Below the pieces are notes generated by a model. It was given only the letters and a program-made list of their open reading frames with translations, had not been told where the DNA came from and ran no database searches. A DNA stretch of 45,898 bases from Chthonomonadaceae bacterium (GTDB lineage: Bacteria; Armatimonadota; Chthonomonadetes; Chthonomonadales; Chthonomonadaceae). The stretch lies in assembly GCA_035650735.1 (NCBI GenBank), contig DASRGZ010000161.1:1-45898 (forward strand), in the 5' to 3' direction. This document shows, in pieces, positions 1-8,259 of this stretch (its first letter is position 1; the number at the start of each line of letters is the position of its first letter). The position numbers and the translations under genes were made by a program.

Positions 1-531
1 TGGGCCGCTTACCACCACGGCGATCTCGCCCCGGCGTTCGCCCCCGACCCCGAAAATGCCCTGCGCCAGCGCTCCCTCGCAGGTAATGACGACCCCTTCC
101 TCCGGAATCACCTGCGTCACCGTGCCGCGAATGTAGGCGTCCCGCTCCACTGGCGTCGGCGCCTCCCGGATGCCGATATGGCCGGTGGCCGGCGAGATCA
201 ACTCTACGGTACCCCGCACCGGCGAGCGAAACTCACTGCGGAAGAAGCGCCCGAACAGCCCTTTGCTCTCGGCCAGAACGTCGCCGACCTGAACCGGATC
301 GCCCTCCCGAACGCGCAGCACGCCCGGCACGTCCGAGGGCTCGATGCCCATGCGCTCGGCCAGCTTGATGGTCTGCATGATGCCGGGCAGCTCCGTGCGC
401 GCGACGACGGTATCCGGCGCAACGACCTGACCCTCCTTGGCCAGCACGGTGCCCTTAAGCGGCAGGCGGCGCAACTTCTCGATGGTTGTGTGGGGGCTGA
501 CTTTCAGGCCCGGCGTATAGGCGGTTCCCAC
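1..531 (-). CDS. Conserved hypothetical protein of the type found next to GlmL-like genes (3'-partial, runs off window)
   Basis: Not in the ORF track because it has no stop in the window. Read by hand: GTG at 531 after AAGGAACAGGGAC, open to base 1, MGTAYTPGLKVSPHTTIEKLRRLPLKG...QGIFGVGGERRGEI. Starts 12 bp after the stop of the upstream gene. Confidence 0.8.
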   Translation of the reverse strand, partial: MGTAYTPGLKVSPHTTIEKLRRLPLKGTVLAKEGQVVAPDTVVARTELPGIMQTIKLAERMGIEPSDVPGVLRVREGDPVQVGDVLAESKGLFGRFFRSEFRSPVRGTVELISPATGHIGIREAPTPVERDAYIRGTVTQVIPEEGVVITCEGALAQGIFGVGGERRGEIAVVVSGP

Positions 532-542
532 GTCCCTGTTCC

Positions 543-1214
543 TTATCTCTGGGCCAAATCGCGTCGAATGGGCCGCTCGATGTGGCCGTCCGCGTAGAGG
601 ATGAGCGTGGTGGCGCGCTCCGCGTCGTCGGCATAGTGAGGGAAGGAGAGCATTTTGGCCAGCGCCGCCTCGCCCTGCGCATTGCCTTGCGGCGGAATGA
701 CGGCGTGCGCGTTGCGCCCTGCGCCCGGCTTCTCGATCAGCAGGACAAGCCGGTTCGGGCTGGCGCTCTTTTGCAATTCCGGCCGCTCCAGGTTATAGCC
801 TGCGGCCAGATCGTTATAGACATAGCCGACCTCTCCAAGGTCGCTGGGGCCATGCAGATACGCCTCTTTGCCGCCGGGCATACCGGGCGGCGAGGGCAGA
901 TACCCCTGCACGGCGTCGGTCCAGGTGTCGGCGGGCGGCAGGCGGTCATCCCAATCCTGCGCGTAGCCGCGCATGGCCTTATAGAGCGCCACCAGATTGC
1001 TCTGAGCCATAACGATGTTGCGCTGCGAGCGGAAACTCACAAAGAGGCGGTAGCCCCCGAACACGAGCGCGCCCGTAATCAGGAGAATAACGGCCAGGGA
1101 GATCAGGCTTAGCTCCCGCTGGCCCAGGCGCAGCGTCGCCTTCTTCTCCGGGCGGGGAGGCGTCACCGGAGCGGCAGTCGTGGTGGCGGGAAGGGATTCT
1201 TGTCTTTCAGTCAT
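543..1214 (-). CDS. Membrane-anchored hypothetical protein with C-terminal YADGH (H-X9-DG/DUF1559-like) motif
   Basis: 223 aa; one N-terminal hydrophobic helix; SNLVALYKAMRGYAQDWDDRLP, GYVYN and FPHY...LYADGH segments resemble prepilin-associated DUF1559-like proteins. Confidence 0.7.
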   Translation of the reverse strand: MTERQESLPATTTAAPVTPPRPEKKATLRLGQRELSLISLAVILLITGALVFGGYRLFVSFRSQRNIVMAQSNLVALYKAMRGYAQDWDDRLPPADTWTDAVQGYLPSPPGMPGGKEAYLHGPSDLGEVGYVYNDLAAGYNLERPELQKSASPNRLVLLIEKPGAGRNAHAVIPPQGNAQGEAALAKMLSFPHYADDAERATTLILYADGHIERPIRRDLAQR

Positions 1215-1242
1215 TGTCTTCTGGTATCTTCCAAATCAAGCT

Positions 1243-2166
1243 TCAAACGGAGTGCGTGGGCCGGCGCTCCTGCCTGCGGCTTTGCCGCCGTCCGGCACTC
1301 TCCGGCTTTTCCGGGGAGGGTCCGGCACCAGGCGGTTTGCGGCAGTGGGCCACGCAGTAGTAGAGCAGGCCGTGGATGCGGCGCACCACCAGCGAGCGCC
1401 CCAGCGCCTGGCGCAACTCCTGATGCGAATAGCGATAGAAATAGATGCCGCCGGAATGCGCGCCCTCCTTCTGGCCGAACAGGCGCGCGAACAGATTATA
1501 TTCATAAACGGTCAGAACGATGTCGCTGCCGACGCGCGCCACCCGGGCCAGCTCGGATATCATCTGGGCGCGGCTTTCCGGGGTCGGAACATGCTCGAGT
1601 ACGCCGCAGGAGACGACCTTATCAAACCGGCTGCCGGCGAAGGGCAGCGCGCAGACGTCCCCCTGGATGAGGTCTACGTTGGTAAGGCCCGCCGTTTCCA
1701 GTTTGCGCTGGCAGGCGCGCAGCGACTCTAGAGAGAAGTCCAGCGCAATCAGCGAACGACAGCGGGATGCGAACCGGGGCGTCATGCGGCCCGTGCCGCA
1801 GCCTGCCTCTAATACTACGTGTTCCGGGCCGGGCTTCAATCGCGCCAGCGCAGCCGGAATCTCCAGAAATTTGCCGTAGAGGGCCAGGATACGCATTCGG
1901 TCGTAATCGTCGGCCTGTGCGTCGCGGGCGGCCATCTCCTGGCGCTTGCGCGCGAGCTCCAGGCTCTCCGACGCGGGCTGCGTCTCCGCAAGGCCGCCGG
2001 GCAGCATGCGCGCGATGCCATCCTCGATAGCATACCCTGCGCCACAGACGCTACAAAGCAGACGCCCACTGAGGATGCGTTCTCCCTCAGCCCTCGCGGC
2101 GGTGAGGCGGAGTTCCTTTTGACACCCGGCAGGGCAACGCAGTAGCGGCAGAGTCTGGGTTCTCAT
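1243..2166 (-). CDS. Class I SAM-dependent methyltransferase with N-terminal Trm112-like zinc-ribbon domain
   Basis: LLRCPAGC...LLCSVCGAGYAIEDGIARM (Trm112-like); VLEAGCGTGR motif I; QGDVCALPF; FDKVVSCGVLEHVP. Confidence 0.88.
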   Translation of the reverse strand: MRTQTLPLLRCPAGCQKELRLTAARAEGERILSGRLLCSVCGAGYAIEDGIARMLPGGLAETQPASESLELARKRQEMAARDAQADDYDRMRILALYGKFLEIPAALARLKPGPEHVVLEAGCGTGRMTPRFASRCRSLIALDFSLESLRACQRKLETAGLTNVDLIQGDVCALPFAGSRFDKVVSCGVLEHVPTPESRAQMISELARVARVGSDIVLTVYEYNLFARLFGQKEGAHSGGIYFYRYSHQELRQALGRSLVVRRIHGLLYYCVAHCRKPPGAGPSPEKPESAGRRQSRRQERRPTHSV

Positions 2167-2250
2167 AGACAGCTAATGCAAGATTCCTCTCTAACTTTCC
2201 TTACGCCACCTGGCTCTGCCGGGCCATCAGTGACCCGTCCGGCCCGCATC

Positions 2251-2493
2251 CAGCCGGGCATTGAAATACTCGTCTGTGTGGCTCTGCTAGGGTCGGGCCT
2301 GCAACGGACTGCTAGGGTCGGCGCTCAACGGTTCGCGCCTCCGCCTAGCGAGGCCAAGCGTCCTCGCGGACGCCCCGTTGCGGGAGGTTCTTTCCGCTCT
2401 ACGAAGGCAGCCGCCTGCCGATAGGCCGGTTGTTCCGTCCGAAGGACGGTTGGCGGCGCCGCCCTCTAGCCGGCTACTTTCAGTGCCCGGCTG
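2251..2493. repeat. REP/REPIN-like palindromic intergenic element, family A, copy 1 (carries a nested insert at 2284-2351)
   Basis: Terminal inverted repeat CAGCCGGGCATTGAAA (2251) / TTTCAGTGCCCGGCTG (ends 2493); internal CGTCC..GGACG hairpins; homologous to 17037-17172. Confidence 0.75.
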
Positions 2494-2511
2494 CGTAACG
2501 TGAGGGCGGCG

Positions 2512-4338
2512 CTATTCCGCAATCGGTAGGTTCATGGCGCGCAGCCATTCTTTCAGTCTGGCGATGCGGGCCTCCTCGTCGGTGGGCAGTTGCAGGGGAC
2601 GACCGCGCGTGTCTACAATGACGCCCGCCACGCCGCCCTGCACCGTGCGCCGCACTTCCCGACCTTTGCCGGCGCCAACGTCGAATTGGCGCGCAGGCCG
2701 GACGACGATCTCGGCGGTCTCCGGCTCGCCGTCCTTAAAGCCGAGCGGGTAGACCCGGAGGGCACCGAAAGGAACGGCCTCTTTGGCGCCGCAGAACTCG
2801 ATCTCCAGGCACGCCTCGCCCGGCTTCCCTGCGCCCACCGGCGCGATGCAGGTGCCCAGGTAGATCAGGCAATCGCGCTCGAAGACCTGCGTGGCCGCGA
2901 CCGGGTGGATGGTGGAGAGAATGCCCAACTGAGGCATCATGAAAATCGAGTCTACCGTCAGCAGAGTGAAGCCTTCGGGCTGGTAAGCATCCATCATCAT
3001 CAGGGCGGCCTGCTCGCGGCGCGGCGCGTGGGAGAGCACGCCGCCCGACCCGACGATCATGTCCAGCTCCATCATATTCACGAGGGTCTGCCCGGTTCCC
3101 GCCTGGGTCAAACTCTCGCCAATGGTGCGTCGCTGCTGCACGCCCATCAGGCCGCGCGCCAGGGATTTGTGATGGAGGAAGGCCAGCCGCAGCGCTTCCC
3201 GGCTGACCGCCTGCTCGATCTGCAAATCCATCAGGCGCTGGGGGATGGTGGTCGGGCGGATCATCTTGTTGCGAAGCTGGTTACGCAATTCGGCGTCGGA
3301 GACGCGAAACGGCAGCCAACGCTGGATATTCTCCACGCCGGCCTCGGTGAGCACGTTGCAGATGGAGTAGGACATGCCTAAGTTGGCGGAGACGGTGCGG
3401 TTGAAGATGCCGCCAAAGACGGAGAAGACGTCGGTGGTCGCGCCGCCGATGTCCACGCCCAGGACGTTGATGCCCCGCTGCTCGGCGATGGTCTGCATGA
3501 TCTTGCCGACGGCGTTGGGAGTGGACATGATACCGGCGCTGGTCCAGGTCGAGAGCTTGCTGTAGCCGGGCGCCTGCTGCATGACATGCTCCAGGAACAG
3601 CTCGTGGATGGCCTCGCGGGCCGGCCCCAGGTTCTCGCGCTCCAGCGTCGGGCGTAGGTTTTCGACCTGGCGCAGGGCGACCTTCTCCTCCAGCAGCCGC
3701 CGAACCTCCGGGAAGGCGTCTTTGTTGCCCGCGTAGATGACAGGCAGCTTTAGGCCGATGCCCAGACGCGGTTTTGGGTCGGCGGAGACGAGCATCTCCG
3801 CCATTTCGACCAGGTGGCTGACGGTGCCTCCATCCGTGCCGCCGGACATCAGGATCATGTCGGGACGAAGCTGACGCAGCCGCTCGACGCGCTGGTATTC
3901 CTTGCGCCCATCGTCCACGGCAATGACGTCCATGATGATCGCGCCCGCGCCGAGGGCGGCGCGCTGGGCGCTCTCGGCGCTCATGGCTTTGACGACGCCC
4001 GTAACGGTCATCTGAAGGCCGCCGCCCGCGCTCGAAGTGGAGAGATAGAGGTCCACGCCGGTCTGCGCATCCCGCGCGGGCGTCATCGGCCTGCCGTCCG
4101 GACCTGAAATCGTCTTGCCGCTGAGCTCTTCGACCTCGCGGACGGCGTTGACGACGCCGACGGTGACATCGTCGAAGGGGGCTTCCACGGTGGTAGGGGC
4201 CTCGCCGCGCACGACGAGCCGATACGCGCCGTCGGGCTGCTGCTCGATGAGGATGGCCTTGGTGGTGGTGCTGCCGCAGTCGGTAGCCAGGATGGAGCGG
4301 GCGCGCGCGGCGTCCTGCAAGCTAGGATGGTCGCTCAT
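2512..4338 (-). CDS. glmL: Glutamate mutase L (GlmL/MutL) family actin-like ATPase
   Basis: 608 aa; ATDCGSTTTKA, STSSAGGGL, MSGGTDGG, VDIGGATTDVFS, RTVSANLGMSYS and IVGSGGVLSHAP are characteristic of the GlmL family. Confidence 0.85.
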   Translation of the reverse strand: MSDHPSLQDAARARSILATDCGSTTTKAILIEQQPDGAYRLVVRGEAPTTVEAPFDDVTVGVVNAVREVEELSGKTISGPDGRPMTPARDAQTGVDLYLSTSSAGGGLQMTVTGVVKAMSAESAQRAALGAGAIIMDVIAVDDGRKEYQRVERLRQLRPDMILMSGGTDGGTVSHLVEMAEMLVSADPKPRLGIGLKLPVIYAGNKDAFPEVRRLLEEKVALRQVENLRPTLERENLGPAREAIHELFLEHVMQQAPGYSKLSTWTSAGIMSTPNAVGKIMQTIAEQRGINVLGVDIGGATTDVFSVFGGIFNRTVSANLGMSYSICNVLTEAGVENIQRWLPFRVSDAELRNQLRNKMIRPTTIPQRLMDLQIEQAVSREALRLAFLHHKSLARGLMGVQQRRTIGESLTQAGTGQTLVNMMELDMIVGSGGVLSHAPRREQAALMMMDAYQPEGFTLLTVDSIFMMPQLGILSTIHPVAATQVFERDCLIYLGTCIAPVGAGKPGEACLEIEFCGAKEAVPFGALRVYPLGFKDGEPETAEIVVRPARQFDVGAGKGREVRRTVQGGVAGVIVDTRGRPLQLPTDEEARIARLKEWLRAMNLPIAE

Positions 4339-4398
4339 GGCGTTGGGGGGCGTCTCCGGATACGTGCGCTTGAACGCAGAAATTCAGGGAACTGCCCT

Positions 4399-4427
4399 AT
4401 TGTAGCACAACGTCTCCGCCTTTGCAA
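4399..4427 (-). promoter_or_regulatory. Sigma70-type promoter for the glmL-like operon
   Basis: Minus strand TTGCAA-17 bp-TACAAT with TG extended -10, about 60 bp upstream of the ATG at 4338. Confidence 0.65.
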
Positions 4428-4613
4428 ACGCGGCCCCTGCCCGCTGCGCCACAGGGAGTACCCAAACGGTTGTCCGTGTTTTTTCCGTATTATGTGGTAA
4501 AGCGAATGCCCTTCTGTTGTTGAGCCTTCGTCGGATGGTCGGTTTTTGCCGCTTGAAGTGACGCAAGCGGCCCTGCCGACCAGGCATGAGTCGCCCTCAC
4601 GCCGCGCATATGG

Positions 4614-4642
4614 TTGACAGTGGGCCGTATCCGCGCTATAAT
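4614..4642 (+). promoter_or_regulatory. Perfect-consensus sigma70 promoter for the glycosyltransferase
   Basis: TTGACA (4614-4619), 17-bp spacer, TATAAT (4637-4642). Confidence 0.85.
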
Positions 4643-4726
4643 AGGGGCCATCTGCTCTGACCGACCGCGCCGCTGATATTGCGTTTACTCTCGCTGGCAC
4701 ATAGCAGCGAAGGCAGTCCAGACCGA

Positions 4727-5923
4727 ATGCGTATTGCCATTTTCTCGGAATGTTATACGCCGGTGACCAACGGCGTTGTCACCTCCATCCAAACCTTGCG
4801 CGAGACCTTGCGCGCCCAGGGACATACGGTCTTCGTGTTTGCGCCGGGCACGGCGCAGCCGGAGGACGATGAGACGATCTTCCGTCTGCCGGAGCTGCCC
4901 TTCCCCAAACATCCCTACCACTTTGCGCGGCCCTTCCCCCGCCTGAAAGTGGATTTTCCCGCGCTCGACATTCAGATCATTCACTGCCAGCACCCGTTCA
5001 CCGTCGGGCGGCTGGGAGCAGAGATGGCGCGCAAGCACGGCCTGCCGATGGTCTACACCGCCCATTCGCTCTACGATATGATGGCGGCGACGGCCAAATC
5101 GCCCCTGATGCGCAGCGCCGGCCAGAAGATGGCGCGCGGCGTGGTACGCCGTTTCTGCAACCGCGCCGACTGCATCATCGCCCCTTCGCGCCACACGCGC
5201 GACGCCCTGCGCGCCGCCGGCGTGCGCGGCCGCTTCGCCGTGGTGCCCAGCGGCGTGCTTGGCCCCTATATTCGTCCGGGTGCCCGGGCGCAGAGGCGGG
5301 CGGAGTTGGGCCTGGCGCCGGAGACGCCGCTCATCCTCTGCGTGGGCCGGCTCGGCCCGGAAAAGCGGGTGGATATCCTGCTGCGCGCCGTCGCTTTGCT
5401 GGCGCACAGCCGACGTCTGCCGGCTCCCGCCAACACGTTTCGCCTGGCAGTGGTGGGCGACGGGCAGTGTCGCGCGCCCCTGGAGGCGCTGGCCGCCAGC
5501 CTGGACCTCGGCGACCGCGTGCTATTTGCGGGCGCGCAGCCCCATGCAACCATCGGCGACTGGTACGCGGCGGCGGACATCTTTGCGCTGCCCTCCCCGG
5601 CGGAGACGCAGGGACTGGTGCTGGTGGAGGCGATGGCGGCGGGGCTGCCCTGCATCGCGGCGGATTATGGCGGGCCGCGCGAGCTCGTCGAGCAGGGCGA
5701 AACCGGCCTGCGCGTGCCCCTGGATGTCAACGCCTTCGCCCATGCCCTCGATCTGCTGCTGCGCGACCCGCAGATGCGCCGCCACTTCGGCGAGCAGGGC
5801 CGCCTGCGCGCGCGCGCCTTCTCCCCGGAGGCGATGACGCGGGGGATGCTGGATGTCTACGAGAGCGTCCTGCGCCTGCCCCACCTTCCGGCAACCTCGC
5901 GCCTGGCCGGCATCCTGCGCTAA
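4727..5923 (+). CDS. Glycosyltransferase family 4 (diacylglycerol glucosyltransferase-like)
   Basis: MRIAIFSECYTPVTNGVVTSI, IIHCQHPF, VGRLGPEKRVD, ETQGLVLVEAMAAGLP; start moved to ATG 4727. Confidence 0.9.
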   Translation: MRIAIFSECYTPVTNGVVTSIQTLRETLRAQGHTVFVFAPGTAQPEDDETIFRLPELPFPKHPYHFARPFPRLKVDFPALDIQIIHCQHPFTVGRLGAEMARKHGLPMVYTAHSLYDMMAATAKSPLMRSAGQKMARGVVRRFCNRADCIIAPSRHTRDALRAAGVRGRFAVVPSGVLGPYIRPGARAQRRAELGLAPETPLILCVGRLGPEKRVDILLRAVALLAHSRRLPAPANTFRLAVVGDGQCRAPLEALAASLDLGDRVLFAGAQPHATIGDWYAAADIFALPSPAETQGLVLVEAMAAGLPCIAADYGGPRELVEQGETGLRVPLDVNAFAHALDLLLRDPQMRRHFGEQGRLRARAFSPEAMTRGMLDVYESVLRLPHLPATSRLAGILR

Positions 5924-6876
5924 CGCAATTTGCGACTTTTGCGGGGCGATGGCGCCGCAGCAGAGGGGCGGGCCGTGACAGGACCTAGCGGATGGTGGCG
6001 ATTGCGGAAGGTGGTCCAGGCGTGCCGACGCCAGCGCAGGGCTTCGTCGGCAACGGAAGCCAGGCCCGCCCGGCAGAGGGCGACATGGATGGATTGCCAC
6101 CGATCTCCGACGCTCTGCCGCGCCAGCCAGTAAGCCAGCTCAAACTCCACCACGACGCCGGGAACGCGTCGGTCGGCCAGCAGCCCGTGCAGGCGCAGCG
6201 TGCGCTCGTGGGCAAACCAGTAGGAAGGGCAGGTCTGCCGGCGCGTCGCCCGCAGCCACTCCACGTGGAAAGGCGGCGTGTCGCCCGCCGCAAGCCCCAG
6301 GCGCGGTGCCAGCAGGGCCAGCCGACCGCGCAGCTCCTCCTCGGTGCGGCTGCCGGAAGCGGAGAGGACGCGCTCCCAGGCCGCAGCCGCATCCTCGGCA
6401 TGGGCGCTACGGCGCGCCATAATATCGCCGCAGCGCGCCGCGTAGAACGCCTCCCAATGCGCTTGCCGCCACTGCGCGGCTTTCGCGTAGAGCTCCCCCA
6501 GTCCCCGCCGCTCCAGCTCCTTATCCACGACGCCGCCCCGGTGCGCGTGCGCGTGTAGACGGGGCAGGCCGGAGTGGAAACCATGCGCGTAGTGTGCCAG
6601 CTCGTGCGCCAGCGTGGCATCCACCACGTAGTCCGGCACGAACGGGTCGGCGAACAGTTGATTGATGCGGATCGACGTTTGGCCGTTGCGGGCCGCGATG
6701 GAGCCATAGCAGTATTTGGCGCGGTTGCCGAAGCGTGTCGTAATCGGGTAGCCGCGCGGCACATCGGAAAAATGGACTTCCCAGAGTAAGCGCAGGCGCT
6801 CTGCCAGCCAGGCGTCGTCTCGCCATGCCTCTTTGCGCCCCCGCCCCAACGCATCACCTTCCTGATCAGGCTTCAA
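5920..6876 (-). CDS. SprT-like zinc metalloprotease-domain protein with a degenerate second copy of the domain
   Basis: LAHELAHYAHG (HExxH) and HAHRGGV in the N-terminal half; C-terminal half repeats the pattern without HExxH. Start uncertain (TTG near 6849 possible). Confidence 0.75.
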   Translation of the reverse strand: MKPDQEGDALGRGRKEAWRDDAWLAERLRLLWEVHFSDVPRGYPITTRFGNRAKYCYGSIAARNGQTSIRINQLFADPFVPDYVVDATLAHELAHYAHGFHSGLPRLHAHAHRGGVVDKELERRGLGELYAKAAQWRQAHWEAFYAARCGDIMARRSAHAEDAAAAWERVLSASGSRTEEELRGRLALLAPRLGLAAGDTPPFHVEWLRATRRQTCPSYWFAHERTLRLHGLLADRRVPGVVVEFELAYWLARQSVGDRWQSIHVALCRAGLASVADEALRWRRHAWTTFRNRHHPLGPVTARPSAAAPSPRKSRKLR

Positions 6877-7048
6877 CCGCAGGATCTCCCTCCTTACCGA
6901 AATGGCGCTTCTTGCCGCCCCTAATGTGCGATAGCCCTCGCCGGATTTCCTGCCTGGCTTTTGGCGCGCTGGCAGAACAAGGAAAGAGGAAGACTCCTGC
7001 AGCAGGAAGGAAGTATTTCACGGACGAACCTAATAATGGAGAAGCAGA

Positions 7049-7930
7049 ATGAAAGCGCGCTCGACCGGGAGACTGTTGCTGCTGTTCGTCCTGGCCTGTC
7101 TGCTGCTGCTGGGCGGGCAGGGAACGTGTCCGCGCCGGGTCGGGCTACTGCGGATAACCTTCCTGGATGTGGGGCAGGGGGATGCGGCGGTCATCGAAAG
7201 CCCGTCCGGGAAGGTGCTGGTGGTGGACGCGGGCGGCATCCTGGAGAACGAAGGCGACGACGAGGGGCGGCGCGTAGTCGTGCCTTTCTTGCGTTCGCAG
7301 GGAATCCGGCGCATTGATGCCCTGCTGCTAACCCATCCCCATGCCGACCACATCGGCGGCGCGCTCACCCTGCTCCAAAATATCCCGGTCGGCCTGCTCA
7401 TGGATAACGGCGAACCGGTAGATTCCCCACTGGCGGCGCATATTCTGACGGCGGCGCAGGCGCGCGGCGTTCCCTACCGGCCGGCGCGGCGCGGGCAGGT
7501 GCTGGACTTCGGAGACGGGGTGCGGGCGCGCGTCCTGGACCCGACCGCACAGGCCCTTCAGGAGGGGACCAATGACGCCAGCATTGTCCTGCGCGTCGAG
7601 TATGGCCGCACCGCCTTTCTGCTGACCGGCGACGCCGAAGCCCAGGAGGAGGACGATCTGCTGCGCAGCGGCCAGCCTCTGGCCTGCGACGTGCTCAAAG
7701 TGGCCCATCACGGCAGCCGCACCTCCTCCACGCCTGCGTTTCTCGCCGCCGCTCATCCCCGCCTGGCCGTCATCTCGGTGGGCACGGGCAATGTCTACGG
7801 CCACCCGGATCGCCAGGTGATAGCGCGCTTGCAGGGCAGCGGGGCGCGCGTCTACCGCACGGACAGGCGCGGCGCGATCACCTGCTTCTCCGATAGCCTC
7901 GCCGTGCGCGTCGAGGCGATGCGCCCCTGA
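7049..7930 (+). CDS. ComEC/Rec2-type metallo-beta-lactamase-fold hydrolase (stand-alone, N-terminal signal/TM)
   Basis: FLDVGQGDA, THPHADHIGG, NDASIVL, LLTGDAE, LKVAHHGS, NVYGHP, YRTDRRG. Confidence 0.9.
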   Translation: MKARSTGRLLLLFVLACLLLLGGQGTCPRRVGLLRITFLDVGQGDAAVIESPSGKVLVVDAGGILENEGDDEGRRVVVPFLRSQGIRRIDALLLTHPHADHIGGALTLLQNIPVGLLMDNGEPVDSPLAAHILTAAQARGVPYRPARRGQVLDFGDGVRARVLDPTAQALQEGTNDASIVLRVEYGRTAFLLTGDAEAQEEDDLLRSGQPLACDVLKVAHHGSRTSSTPAFLAAAHPRLAVISVGTGNVYGHPDRQVIARLQGSGARVYRTDRRGAITCFSDSLAVRVEAMRP

Positions 7931-7942
7931 TGGCCCTTTCTT

Positions 7943-8222
7943 GACCTAACCCCCCGGCCCCCACTGCCAGGGCCGGCCCTACAATGGTTCGGGCCACTGC
8001 CAGGGTCGGCAGGGTTACGGCCCCTGCCTCCGCCTCGCGACACCTAGCGACACGGCTCTGCCTTGCCACACCCCTCCGCCTTGCGACCCTACGAGGGAAG
8101 GGGGTGACCCGACTTCTCCCCTCCCCTGTTGTTGGGGATCGCTAGGCGGAGGGCTGTCGCAAGGCGGAGGCCCGAACCATTGTAGGCCCGACCCTGGCAG
8201 TAGGGGGACAGGGGGTGAGGGC
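7943..8222. repeat. Composite GC-rich hairpin repeat (family B) with two nested inserts
   Basis: GACCTAACCCCC...GAGGGAAGGGGGTGACCC and an inverted CCCTCACCCCCTGTCCCC unit; first half is the reverse complement of 30798-30961; inserts at 7964-8086 and 8139-8200. Confidence 0.8.
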
Positions 8223-8259
8223 TATTGAAGGTGGGGGCCAGAACGGAAGGATCTCTCCG

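Noticed and set aside
7964..8200. CTGCCAGGGTCGG plus variable segments as a CRISPR-like array
   Set aside because: The constant part is only about 13 bp, the variable cores recur between loci, and left and right ends are nested rather than alternating.
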